Shown piece after piece: positions 27,486 to 36,209 of a DNA stretch of 64,000 nucleotides (the stretch's first letter is position 1; each line of letters opens with the position of its first letter). The DNA is from a virus (lineage: Duplodnaviria; Caudoviricetes). A program made the translations under genes and the position numbers. The notes under the pieces were generated by a model that ran no database searches, was not told the DNA's origin, and worked only from the letters and a program-made list of their open reading frames with translations. The DNA lies in IMG/VR virus record IMGVR_UViG_3300014208_000023, positions 1-64,000 of that record; one strand, given 5' to 3'.

Positions 27486-27674
27486 TTAAGCAGTAAGCTT
27501 TTTAGAATTAAGAAATCTTCCAGGCCCACATACCTGCGCACAATCGCTTTGTGACTTCTCATCTTCTCCCTGACAGAAGCCGATGCATTTCCATCCGGTG
27601 ATAATGTTTAGAGAGATGCGCAGCGAATCGCTCATCTTTTCTTTAGAAGCACATATGAGTTGTTTGGCATCCAT
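27486..27674 (-). CDS. hypothetical protein
   Basis: ORF in run. Confidence 0.5.
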   Translation of the reverse strand: MDAKQLICASKEKMSDSLRISLNIITGWKCIGFCQGEDEKSQSDCAQVCGPGRFLNSKKLTA

Positions 27675-27675
27675 A

Positions 27676-28200
27676 CTACTTCTTGAGTGATTTGATTTTG
27701 ACGATCAAACCAAGAAAGAATAGTTGAGCAAACATCCAGAGATGAATGATGAATTTGTACGGTGGAGTAATGATGTTTGCATTGACCCAATCTGCAAGCC
27801 TAACAATTGGTCGGGCACGTACGGCTCCCAAACAATTTGCCCAGATGCGATTCGTTTCGATATTCACTTCTCGAAGACGCTGAATCTCAAGGTGCAACGG
27901 AGCGGCGACTCCATCGTTATAGCATGGAAGACACTTATCTCCAAGCCAATCATTGACAAGCTTGCCACATACAGAACACTTACATTTGGGATTGGGCATT
28001 TTCTTTTTCTTACTAACTTGATATTTGGTGAGGGGTGAAAGCTTGGTTGCCCTAACTTTCAGTTCTGCGGGAACCCATCCTTTAGATTGGATGGGCAATG
28101 TGATTTTAGATGAGGGCTTAATCCTCACTGACCTACCACCGCTTAGGTAGGTGATGCTTTCAATACGAACCATTGTATAGTTCCTTTGTGGTGATCCCAA
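27676..28200 (-). CDS. hypothetical membrane protein (start uncertain)
   Basis: CSVCG..CLPC and C-terminal TM; 5' end overlaps tRNA-Glu 3' end. Confidence 0.5.
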   Translation of the reverse strand: MGSPQRNYTMVRIESITYLSGGRSVRIKPSSKITLPIQSKGWVPAELKVRATKLSPLTKYQVSKKKKMPNPKCKCSVCGKLVNDWLGDKCLPCYNDGVAAPLHLEIQRLREVNIETNRIWANCLGAVRARPIVRLADWVNANIITPPYKFIIHLWMFAQLFFLGLIVKIKSLKK

Positions 28201-28264
28201 CGAGATTTGAACTCGTGTGCTCGGAGTGAAAATCCGATATCCTAAACCGCTAGATGATGGGACC
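28189..28264 (-). tRNA. trnE: tRNA-Glu(UUC), CCA encoded
   Basis: GGTCCCA..TGGGATC-A-CCA, AC arm TCGGA TT-TTC-AC TCCGA, T loop TTCAAAT. Confidence 0.95.
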
Positions 28265-28678
28265 TAAACGTAACCAGTTATTTTCTTTGGCAGTCTTACG
28301 ACGGTGACAGTTAGAGCATCTAACTACACACTTTTCTATCTCCAGATCAATTTTAGTTTTACTCATTCCGTAGCGCAACAGTGTTGATATGCCTGCAACC
28401 TTTTCGCCAGTAACGTGGTCGAAATCTAAAACGACAGGATCCTTTTCGCCGCAATCAACACATCCATCTTTCATTCTGCCAATGACGTAGTACGCAAGTA
28501 GTTTCTTGCGCTCTTTATTTCTAGCAAAATGCTTATCTTTATTTGCTAGATAAAAATCGCGGCTGATTGCTTTTGAGCAATCTCTACAGTTAGGTTGTAA
28601 TCCAGACCTCTTTTTGTTGAAATCAGATACGGGTTTAGATGAGCGACACGAGCTACATACTTTGAAAGACAAAGACAT
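28250..28678 (-). CDS. HNH homing endonuclease
   Basis: CVDCG...LDFDHV...CVVRCSNCHRRKT; N-terminal CSSC..CRDC. Confidence 0.92.
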   Translation of the reverse strand: MSLSFKVCSSCRSSKPVSDFNKKRSGLQPNCRDCSKAISRDFYLANKDKHFARNKERKKLLAYYVIGRMKDGCVDCGEKDPVVLDFDHVTGEKVAGISTLLRYGMSKTKIDLEIEKCVVRCSNCHRRKTAKENNWLRLGPII

Positions 28679-28687
28679 ACTTTGATA

Positions 28688-28966
28688 TCAAAGTATGCAT
28701 ACTTTCCATGAAATTAACTGCGTCCAAGAAAAAATATATGATGACCTCACTAGTACGCGATCATATATTTCCCTTGGGCGACTTGCAATCAACAATTTGA
28801 TGTGGAATCGAACCACAGTGTTAGTGATATTCACCCACCCATTACCAGTAGCCAATTGTTGACTGCCATTATCTAAATAATTGCGCCCTACTATTAGCTC
28901 CAACCAATAGCGGGACGACTTGCAATATAATACATGGAGGCGCATAGATGGATTTGAACCATACAT
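28688..28966 (-). CDS. hypothetical protein
   Basis: ORF; start overlaps a T-arm-like hairpin. Confidence 0.4.
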   Translation of the reverse strand: MYGSNPSMRLHVLYCKSSRYWLELIVGRNYLDNGSQQLATGNGWVNITNTVVRFHIKLLIASRPREIYDRVLVRSSYIFSWTQLISWKVCIL

Positions 28967-28988
28967 TATCCTGCCTGGTATGCTAGTA

Positions 28989-29255
28989 TTATGTTGCCAT
29001 AACTTTACATTTCGACGCTGTTCCTTTAGGAAGTTTAATTCCTATTTGATCTAGGAGATGAGCAGGCTTGCTTCCACAAAAGCCATGCCAGTTTTCTCTA
29101 TTAAGCCTATATATAGCTTTATAGTTAACCAGGCAAACTTCTTTGTTTAAGTTAAACCATTCCCATGTTGATCTAAACCAACCATTAAAGGATGGAATGC
29201 AACCGTCCTTACGTCTGGCAGGACAACATTTGTTTTCAGAAATCATTGTTACCAA
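28989..29255 (-). CDS. hypothetical protein
   Basis: ORF in run. Confidence 0.55.
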   Translation of the reverse strand: MVTMISENKCCPARRKDGCIPSFNGWFRSTWEWFNLNKEVCLVNYKAIYRLNRENWHGFCGSKPAHLLDQIGIKLPKGTASKCKVMAT

Positions 29256-29418
29256 AAACCATTTATCGACTTGAAACGAAGAGTCTCAAGGTAACCAGTA
29301 GGGTTCTTTAAGGTAGGAGGCTCTACGTCTTCCTCTTCCTTATGTTCTAATTCAGATTCAACTTGCTCGTCATCCTCTTCCACTTCTTCGGTGGAGAGAT
29401 TAATTGCAGGAATATTCA

Positions 29419-29970
29419 TTATAGGTCTCCCACAGACTTACTTCCATGGGCAGTTGCGCCAACACAGAACGACACCTTTGTATCGGTTGGCTTGGTTGGA
29501 ATAGTGCCGGTTCCAATGAAGTCCATTGTTGCGGAACCCTTCTTCAAGAGGGTAAGAAGCTTGTCTTGATCAACTGATACCGGAAGATCCAATCCAGAAA
29601 ACGGAGCATCAGACAACACAAGCTCATTAGAGGCGTCGTTGGTTGGATGAATCGTAACCTTGACGTGATGAAGGAATTTCAAATCCGAATCTGATTCCAT
29701 CACAAGCTTTACAGTCGTGAGCTTAACGGTTGCGAAGTCAGAAACCTTATCTAGCGTAGCGGACATATCGGACGGACTAGAAGATACCTTGGCCGTTCGC
29801 TCTCCGTAATGAGCGCTTACGCTTTCCGGCACTCCAGGGAAACTGATCTCTTTGGAGGAGCAAACGCTTTCGATATCAATGGTTGCAGACACGCAACTGG
29901 CAGAAAGAAGTGCAGTGATGAAGAGAGGGATGATGCGTTTCATTTTAGTTCGCTGCTTTCTTGGCAACAC
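29419..29970 (-). CDS. lipoprotein/secreted beta-rich protein
   Basis: MKRIIPLFITALLSASC lipobox. Confidence 0.75.
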   Translation of the reverse strand: MLPRKQRTKMKRIIPLFITALLSASCVSATIDIESVCSSKEISFPGVPESVSAHYGERTAKVSSSPSDMSATLDKVSDFATVKLTTVKLVMESDSDLKFLHHVKVTIHPTNDASNELVLSDAPFSGLDLPVSVDQDKLLTLLKKGSATMDFIGTGTIPTKPTDTKVSFCVGATAHGSKSVGDL

Positions 29971-30229
29971 GAAATCCGTAAATCACTTTTCCAATGTTGA
30001 AATGGAATGGGTAAAATACTTTTTGATTGCCAACTCCCCACACCCTGCCAAGGTTGTCGAGAAAAAGAAATCCTGATTCAAATCCCATCTTCATCCACTT
30101 CTTTGTGAGATAGTAATCAGGGTCCTTATCCTTACACTCCTCAGAGTCAATGTCAAGCCACTTATCAACCTTAACGGTTGATTGCTTGTCAAGCTCTGCG
30201 GGGGGAAGAGGTAGAACATTCATTTTCAA
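29945..30229 (-). CDS. hypothetical protein
   Basis: ORF in run. Confidence 0.6.
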   Translation of the reverse strand: MKMNVLPLPPAELDKQSTVKVDKWLDIDSEECKDKDPDYYLTKKWMKMGFESGFLFLDNLGRVWGVGNQKVFYPFHFNIGKVIYGFRVAKKAAN

Positions 30230-30435
30230 ATCTTTCTTGGGAAGGTTACTGTTCCCCTATAAATATTAGACATAGATGGAGCATCTACCATATCGTATTC
30301 GTATTCTCCATACACAATACAATTGGGATCGATCATTCTACCTTGAAGAGATTCAAAGTCGGCCCACGCTTTATCAAGGTTTGATTTAATTTCTTCTACG
30401 GAATTTCCATGAATTAGCAAATGGAGAGATTTCAT
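30226..30435 (-). CDS. hypothetical protein
   Basis: ORF in run. Confidence 0.6.
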   Translation of the reverse strand: MKSLHLLIHGNSVEEIKSNLDKAWADFESLQGRMIDPNCIVYGEYEYDMVDAPSMSNIYRGTVTFPRKI

Positions 30436-30444
30436 CTTTAACCT

Positions 30445-31005
30445 TTACCAAACAATTTCAAACCCCGTAACAAAAGTAGGAACGATCCACGCACTAACCT
30501 TTGGGTTACTCACCTTCACGTTGGTGGTTCCATTGTTATCGACGTAGTGCTGGAAGTTACTAGTATTAGCTACCAGCATAGTAGGCCCAACTTCAAGAAG
30601 CCAATGAAAGTTCCTTGCCCTTCCAAAACGCAATCCTCCATAGAAATTCAGATAATCATATCCGAGCGGAGGAAGATTAGTTGTGCCAGGAATACTTCCC
30701 TGGCCAGCAATGCCTCCCTGTAGATCGAAAAACAATCCAACCGGATTCCTAGGAAACAATGCCAATGGGTCAAGTTTGATTGACGCTCTGCCACCAAGAT
30801 TCATTGCGTTGTAAGTCATTGAAACTTGCGCTCTGAATGCGCAATAGTTATCACATGCAACAATGCCAATAGAGGCGCCGGAAGGCACTCCAACATCGGC
30901 GCCAAGGCCAAGGCGAATTACTCTCGCCTCCTCATCGGCAGATGCTACCGAACTAACCAGTAGCGCAGTCACGAGAGCAGCGCCAAACAAAAATGACTTA
31001 CGCAT
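30445..31005 (-). CDS. putative small outer-membrane beta-barrel protein
   Basis: signal peptide ending ASA; amphipathic Gly/aromatic strands; C-terminal GFEIVW beta-signal-like end. Confidence 0.65.
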   Translation of the reverse strand: MRKSFLFGAALVTALLVSSVASADEEARVIRLGLGADVGVPSGASIGIVACDNYCAFRAQVSMTYNAMNLGGRASIKLDPLALFPRNPVGLFFDLQGGIAGQGSIPGTTNLPPLGYDYLNFYGGLRFGRARNFHWLLEVGPTMLVANTSNFQHYVDNNGTTNVKVSNPKVSAWIVPTFVTGFEIVW

Positions 31006-31009
31006 TTGA

Positions 31010-31258
31010 TTACACCTTGATTATTTCTAGACGAATTGCCGGCTTACCATGACGAGCAAGCATGAAGGCATAAAACCCTCTGGCATCTTTTTCAACATGA
31101 GTGCAGAGCTTTAGCTGGTTATCTTTATAGATGTTGTAAAACACGTACTCCTTGTCTTGACCGAGACAATCGATCACATACATTGCAATCAGCATCTTGG
31201 ATGCCATCATTATACCGACTACTGGAAGACATAGCATCAGGAGAAGATAGTCATGCAC
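31010..31258 (-). CDS. membrane hypothetical protein
   Basis: N-terminal TM. Confidence 0.55.
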   Translation of the reverse strand: MHDYLLLMLCLPVVGIMMASKMLIAMYVIDCLGQDKEYVFYNIYKDNQLKLCTHVEKDARGFYAFMLARHGKPAIRLEIIKV

Positions 31259-31270
31259 CTATTCACCTTT

Positions 31271-31453
31271 TCAGATAAATCTTTGATCTACAATTTTATT
31301 ATCTTGTAGAAATACAACTTCATCACCATCATCGGGAATTGGATAGCCCTGATCTTTACAAGCCTTAAGTAGCGTTTCGGTATCGCTATCGATTACATCG
31401 ATAACATAAAGTGCGTACTGACTTCCCTGTTCCCAATGGTATACTGCTATCAT
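31271..31453 (-). CDS. hypothetical protein
   Basis: ORF with GGAG RBS. Confidence 0.6.
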   Translation of the reverse strand: MIAVYHWEQGSQYALYVIDVIDSDTETLLKACKDQGYPIPDDGDEVVFLQDNKIVDQRFI

Positions 31454-31469
31454 TTAATCTCCTGCCAAA

Positions 31470-31760
31470 TTAGGCCTGAGCGAATTCTTTCGCATTATCT
31501 TCTTCGTCATCAATATCGAAATTGAGATGGCCGACAACTTTTGGTGCCGCTTGCGGGGCCAACCGGCTATCAGCATCTCCATTCACAATGAAATAGACTT
31601 CGGAAAGATTGTTGCGCCCAACCGTTCCTTCGCAGACAAGCTCAATCATCTGCTCACGAACTTCAGGCAACCTGATTGAGAATGTTCCTGAATCGAATTC
31701 CTTCGTAGCAGTGGTAACGCTTGTTCCATCATTGAAGATGCCAAGAATGAGATACTTCAT
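31470..31760 (-). CDS. hypothetical protein
   Basis: ORF in run. Confidence 0.65.
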   Translation of the reverse strand: MKYLILGIFNDGTSVTTATKEFDSGTFSIRLPEVREQMIELVCEGTVGRNNLSEVYFIVNGDADSRLAPQAAPKVVGHLNFDIDDEEDNAKEFAQA

Positions 31761-32122
31761 GTTACTCCAGCGCAGAACATAAAGCCCGGCGCGAACTGCC
31801 TTTCAGTATTGATGTTGAGCGGAACAATTCCACCAACACCATAGACAACACCGCTTTCATACGGAAAGTAGTTTTCCTCGTGAAAGATATGAGAAGCCTT
31901 CCACTCATTGCCTTCTAGCTTATACCACTCGAAGCAAGCTCCACGAGAACCTTTGCTCTCAACGAAGCCAGTTGTATCAGAGACAACCTTCATTCGGGCC
32001 GGCATCTTAAGCTCGGCCATTGTAGGCGTACGAACGGTGCAGTCAGTAGGTCGAGGCAAAGCATCTAGATTCATTTTCTTATCTCTTATATCTTGCCATC
32101 TGTAGAACGTCATTTCCTTCAT
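31757..32122 (-). CDS. hypothetical protein
   Basis: ORF in run. Confidence 0.65.
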   Translation of the reverse strand: MKEMTFYRWQDIRDKKMNLDALPRPTDCTVRTPTMAELKMPARMKVVSDTTGFVESKGSRGACFEWYKLEGNEWKASHIFHEENYFPYESGVVYGVGGIVPLNINTERQFAPGFMFCAGVT

Positions 32123-32351
32123 AGGTCAGCCATACTTTCTCATGCTGAGAAGCAAGAACCGAATAGTCTTTCGATTCCTTCTCGGTAACATTCAGAACCT
32201 TCATTGCGGCAGAGAATAGAAGCTTCTCATTCGTCATACGATCATGTGCCATCTTAACCGGGCCGATTCCTTTAAGGTTCGGCATATCAGCGAAGTCAAT
32301 CCTAATGCGATTAACTCTTCCGTCTTTGTAGTAAAGAATCATTTTTGTCAA
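32079..32351 (-). CDS. hypothetical protein
   Basis: ORF in run. Confidence 0.6.
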   Translation of the reverse strand: MTKMILYYKDGRVNRIRIDFADMPNLKGIGPVKMAHDRMTNEKLLFSAAMKVLNVTEKESKDYSVLASQHEKVWLTYEGNDVLQMARYKR

Positions 32352-32632
32352 TCTACGATGATTAGCTCATCGTCAAAAAAATGCATTGAGAATTTCCAAG
32401 GAACTTTTACGAACCAACCACATGGTTCGCCAGCATGAGTCCAACCTTCAGGATAGTAGCCTCGACTAACTATTTTTCCTACATCATTAGTTTTAGGAAG
32501 GGCAAATAATTTTTCCTGAACTGAAATGATTCGCACCTTACACCCAAGATGTAAAGTATAGTTTGGTAACGATACTGCTGTCCTATAAGCCATTACTATT
32601 TGGCCGATCCATCTGGATTGTAAATCAAACAA
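32348..32632 (-). CDS. hypothetical protein
   Basis: ORF in run. Confidence 0.55.
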   Translation of the reverse strand: MFDLQSRWIGQIVMAYRTAVSLPNYTLHLGCKVRIISVQEKLFALPKTNDVGKIVSRGYYPEGWTHAGEPCGWFVKVPWKFSMHFFDDELIIVD

Positions 32633-32964
32633 TCTGCTTTGTGCAGATCGTCATCAGTATGTGATCCGCATCCGAGACAATAGGGTCGCTCCAAAGATTC
32701 CCTGTCAGCATCACGAAGTGCATTGCGAAGGTTGGCAATAAGCTTCTCCGCAGAATGCGCTCTCCTATACGTATGAGTAAAGAAGTCTCCTGGGAAAGCT
32801 TCGTCCTGTCCGGCAACCAATCTAGGCCTATTGGTTATGAGGCGCAACTTTAGTGGCGACAATGCTCTGCTGTTAGGATTCATTAGATTCCCATCCCGTA
32901 ATGATGAAGTCAGGATACCAACCACCACCAATGTTATAAACTCTAATGGTGGCCTTATACCCAA
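32596..32964 (-). CDS. hypothetical protein (start uncertain)
   Basis: C-terminal YCLGCG..HKADC. Confidence 0.5.
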   Translation of the reverse strand: MGIRPPLEFITLVVVGILTSSLRDGNLMNPNSRALSPLKLRLITNRPRLVAGQDEAFPGDFFTHTYRRAHSAEKLIANLRNALRDADRESLERPYCLGCGSHTDDDLHKADCLIYNPDGSAK

Positions 32965-33145
32965 TCTTCGGGGGGCGCGGTGTCCATCCTTTGATGGTGC
33001 CGTGCTCTGTTAGAACCGCAACACATACTTCTTCGTCAGGGTCGCTAGGATCGTCTTTATCCTCAAGCTTCATAACGGTACCAACTAGATCAACAAAAGG
33101 ACCGGTGGAGTCCGATGGATAACTCACGCCGGGCTTGAAAATCAT
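32873..33145 (-). CDS. hypothetical protein
   Basis: ORF in run. Confidence 0.6.
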   Translation of the reverse strand: MIFKPGVSYPSDSTGPFVDLVGTVMKLEDKDDPSDPDEEVCVAVLTEHGTIKGWTPRPPKIGYKATIRVYNIGGGWYPDFIITGWESNES

Positions 33146-33354
33146 TTGGAACCTCTGAATCTCCCACGAATGTCAATCAGCTTACACGCATACGGGGTCG
33201 GGTGAGTTTCTCCGTAGTGAAAACACTGACCAACCTTCTTCGTCTCACACCTAGAAGCGAACGGACAAGACTCTCCTCGCGGAATGAATCCACCATTAAG
33301 CTTCATAGCTGGCTCGGCGTCTTTATGATCGAGACTCCATTTGGTAGTCAGCAT
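33142..33354 (-). CDS. hypothetical Cys-containing protein
   Basis: ORF in run. Confidence 0.55.
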   Translation of the reverse strand: MLTTKWSLDHKDAEPAMKLNGGFIPRGESCPFASRCETKKVGQCFHYGETHPTPYACKLIDIRGRFRGSK

Positions 33355-33365
33355 TTGATTTACTT

Positions 33366-33536
33366 TCAGTCAGAGGTGAAGAGATGATACTCCCATCCAG
33401 TTTCTCCCTGAGCCCTACCATTCTTCGTCCACCTAACCATGGCCTTCTGCGCCCCTTCATATGAATATGAAGAGAACGTTCCAAGACTTTTATTACCAGT
33501 CTGGATATGAATCGTTAGATAGACGAAGAGTAACAC
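33366..33536 (-). CDS. 56-aa ORF absent from track, preceded by TGATATATC-N6-GTG
   Basis: hand translation VLLFVYLTIHIQTGNKSLGTFSSYSYEGAQKAMVRWTKNGRAQGETGWEYHLFTSD; fills the gap exactly. Confidence 0.55.
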   Translation of the reverse strand: MLLFVYLTIHIQTGNKSLGTFSSYSYEGAQKAMVRWTKNGRAQGETGWEYHLFTSD

Positions 33537-33548
33537 ATCAGAGATATA

Positions 33549-33761
33549 TCAGGCGAGGGTCGGCTTCCAAGTTTTGAGGAAGGATTCGGCAAACTTACGG
33601 GGAAGACGTTCATCGCCGTCACCATCAATTTGCAGATGATAATCCTTATCCTCACTGCCATGAATAGAAAACTTCTCGTGTGGAAATTTCTTGATAAGCT
33701 CCGGCATCATATCAATGAGAGGCGGAAGCTTCTTTCTATTAACTAGAACTACAAACATCAT
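33549..33761 (-). CDS. hypothetical protein
   Basis: ORF in run. Confidence 0.65.
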   Translation of the reverse strand: MMFVVLVNRKKLPPLIDMMPELIKKFPHEKFSIHGSEDKDYHLQIDGDGDERLPRKFAESFLKTWKPTLA

Positions 33762-33952
33762 TCTTTCTTATCTCGATCTACGTCGGCAAGAGTTACGCGA
33801 ATCTGATATGCCGCCGTCCTATATCGACTCAGCTCCTCAAGGGAGTTAGCTAATCTTTTTCTTGATTGTTCGGTTAGAAACACACACGGCGCATCACGAA
33901 GCAATGCCGCAATCTCTTCCAGAGTATGGTTTTGCGAGTCGATGTATTTCAT
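33758..33952 (-). CDS. hypothetical protein
   Basis: ORF in run. Confidence 0.6.
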   Translation of the reverse strand: MKYIDSQNHTLEEIAALLRDAPCVFLTEQSRKRLANSLEELSRYRTAAYQIRVTLADVDRDKKE

Positions 33953-34167
33953 GATCTTACCGCCGGAGTATATCCGTACGAATGTAAAATGTTAGTTGCC
34001 GGAATATACATTGCCTCGGTAACTTCCCATCGATAGAACCGATCCTCATCACATGCGGTAGAATGAGAAACCTTATTCATTGCCTCTACTAGACGAGGAG
34101 AAAGGTTCTCAACACAATCATGAATAGTAATATGCCCCGTATGCGGACTGCCAATATAATTCTTCAT
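33949..34167 (-). CDS. hypothetical protein
   Basis: ORF in run. Confidence 0.55.
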   Translation of the reverse strand: MKNYIGSPHTGHITIHDCVENLSPRLVEAMNKVSHSTACDEDRFYRWEVTEAMYIPATNILHSYGYTPAVRS

Positions 34168-34727
34168 GAATGATTACCTTCTAGGCTCTTTTTTACGCCT
34201 GCCGATATCTTCGCCTTATGCTCTGCGCTTTTTGGCCTACCCTTTTGGGTATTTGATATTTTCTGTTTTGTCTCGGCAGACATATGTAAACCAGTTCGCC
34301 CAGAACTTATTTTCTTTCTTGTCTGTTCTGAAACAATCCGTTGGGATAAAACCTTTTTGGTTTCATCCGAATGATGTTTACCGAAAAAAGAATTGCGGTC
34401 TCCCATTTTACTGCGAGAAATTTTCTCTTTAGTCTCCTCAGAAAGAGGAGGGTTAGCTCCGCCAGACTGCAAATTGAAACCGTTATTAACGGAATTATAT
34501 TCGATAATGTAATTTGTTTCTAAAACGTTAGCTTGCTGCAACGTGGCGCATTCATCAATGACTGATATGTCAAACTCATTTGCGCCGTATTTTTGGATAG
34601 CATTGCGTATCCGCGTGCAGCCACTAGTTTTAAGTTTATGATTTCTCCACCTGCTTAATGGATTGGTAGTTAGTCCAATGTAGGATCTGTTGGATTTACG
34701 ATGAAGAATCCGGTAGATATAATACAT
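34164..34727 (-). CDS. GIY-YIG homing endonuclease with NUMOD3-type repeats
   Basis: YYIYRI..SYIGLT..RWRNH..E..YI..GFN; repeats SEETKEKIS, HHSDETKK, SAETKQKIS. Confidence 0.93.
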   Translation of the reverse strand: MYYIYRILHRKSNRSYIGLTTNPLSRWRNHKLKTSGCTRIRNAIQKYGANEFDISVIDECATLQQANVLETNYIIEYNSVNNGFNLQSGGANPPLSEETKEKISRSKMGDRNSFFGKHHSDETKKVLSQRIVSEQTRKKISSGRTGLHMSAETKQKISNTQKGRPKSAEHKAKISAGVKKSLEGNHS

Positions 34728-34815
34728 AACTGTTATATACCACCCTGCTTACGACTTTTACTGGGATAAGCGAGTATACAGATGGAACACTAACGTTCCT
34801 AACAAAAGGAATCTT

Positions 34816-35013
34816 ATGTCTCTACTTACAATCGTAATCGTTCTCATTCTCGCTGGCGTTGGGCTCTACGTCATAAACTCTATTATCCCAATGGACGCAA
34901 CCATAAAGAAGGTAATCAATATCGTTGTTATCGTGGTTGTTTGTCTGTGGTTAGTAATGAGTCTATTTGGCGGAGCTGGAGCTGTGGGTATTCACATGCC
35001 CCGCATTAACTGA
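34816..35013 (+). CDS. small two-TM membrane protein (Thivi_2564-like)
   Basis: GVGLYVINSIIPMDATIKKVINIVV pattern; AAGGA RBS; own terminator. Confidence 0.8.
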   Translation: MSLLTIVIVLILAGVGLYVINSIIPMDATIKKVINIVVIVVVCLWLVMSLFGGAGAVGIHMPRIN

Positions 35014-35034
35014 TTAGTAATTAGTTTTTACCCT

Positions 35035-35068
35035 AAACCCGCTTGGTATAACCAAGCGGGGTTTTTTA
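35035..35068. terminator. bidirectional intrinsic terminator
   Basis: CCCGCTTGGT/ACCAAGCGGG flanked by AAA and TTTTTT between convergent genes. Confidence 0.85.
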
Positions 35069-35266
35069 TTCAAGCTCAATCATTACGACACGAAGCTGTT
35101 CGTATTGTTCTTTTTCGCGAATATATTTACCATCAACAATGGTTTCACGAACTTCATCAAGACTGTCTAGAGAGCCAGGGCCGAACGGCCCCATAGTTGA
35201 TCCGACCCATACAGGCAAGCTTTGATCCATTGTCTGGAGTTTAGCAATCAATTCTGCAACGGTCAT
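35066..35266 (-). CDS. hypothetical phage protein (MTVAELIAKL type)
   Basis: common phage N-terminal motif. Confidence 0.7.
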   Translation of the reverse strand: MTVAELIAKLQTMDQSLPVWVGSTMGPFGPGSLDSLDEVRETIVDGKYIREKEQYEQLRVVMIELE

Positions 35267-35277
35267 TTCATTTTCCT

Positions 35278-35805
35278 TTAGAACTTACAGAAGGCTGAGG
35301 TCATGGAAACGTTCGCCTTTTCCCAAAGAACCAATTGTTCTTTGGCCTTAATGATCTTTTCCTCGAAAGGAGGAGGGCCATCTTCTCCTCTGAAAGAGAA
35401 GGTTGGACGACCAGCAATCGTCACTCTTGCCATTGCCTGCTTGCCATCAATCCAATCGCGAAGCATCTGCTTGCGATCAGTTGGAAACTCCACGCCAGGA
35501 AATGACTCGAAGAAATCCGAGAAGACCTTTGCTTCACTATACTCGTTGAGACCGATCCATTGAACATGACCGTTCTCATCGAGAAACATACACGCAGCCA
35601 GGCGAGCGTATGTGCTTTCAACCGCCTTGTTCCAGATATTGCCCTTCTTTGGGTTGGTGGTCTGGTAACAGAATCGGAAACCCTTATTGGGTTTCAACTC
35701 CAACCAGCATCGCTTCTTACAGCGAAGACTGAAGCCATAAGGGTAATCACCAATCAGATACGCGGTATCTTGCGACGTATGACCGTAAAGCGGCGTGACA
35801 ACCAT
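35278..35805 (-). CDS. hypothetical phage protein
   Basis: DYPYGFSLRC..TTNPK..WNK..STY; GAGG RBS. Confidence 0.75.
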   Translation of the reverse strand: MVVTPLYGHTSQDTAYLIGDYPYGFSLRCKKRCWLELKPNKGFRFCYQTTNPKKGNIWNKAVESTYARLAACMFLDENGHVQWIGLNEYSEAKVFSDFFESFPGVEFPTDRKQMLRDWIDGKQAMARVTIAGRPTFSFRGEDGPPPFEEKIIKAKEQLVLWEKANVSMTSAFCKF

Positions 35806-35819
35806 TGTGGCCTCGTTGT

Positions 35820-35848
35820 AGTGTAAGGCCGGCGTGAGGTCACGTCAA
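35820..35848 (-). promoter_or_regulatory. sigma70-type promoter
   Basis: TTGACG-17 nt-TACACT. Confidence 0.7.
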
Positions 35849-35861
35849 GGCCGTTGTATTG

Positions 35862-36209
35862 CTAGGGAATAGAATTGCCTGGGTGTGCGGGAACTGTCTT
35901 CCAAGCCTCGGGAATGGTGAAAAAAGAAACCAATGGCCCCTTAAGGATGTACGATTTAATAATCGTATCATCATTAAGTACTCCAACATACTCTCTGCAT
36001 TCACTAGCCTCAAGAAGTCTTGTTGGAAGAACCTCATTATTACCATAGGTATCCCAATCTCCAATTGGGCACTCCTCAATGATAACTCCATCGCGAGCAT
36101 ACCACTTTTCCGCACACTTAAGTGCTTCTTGAGTATTCAAGAAGAACCCATGAACTACGTGGCCATCATCCATGCCAAGATCCGTATAGACTCGAAGAAT
36201 TGATTTCAT
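35862..36209 (-). CDS. hypothetical protein
   Basis: ORF in run. Confidence 0.6.
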   Translation of the reverse strand: MKSILRVYTDLGMDDGHVVHGFFLNTQEALKCAEKWYARDGVIIEECPIGDWDTYGNNEVLPTRLLEASECREYVGVLNDDTIIKSYILKGPLVSFFTIPEAWKTVPAHPGNSIP

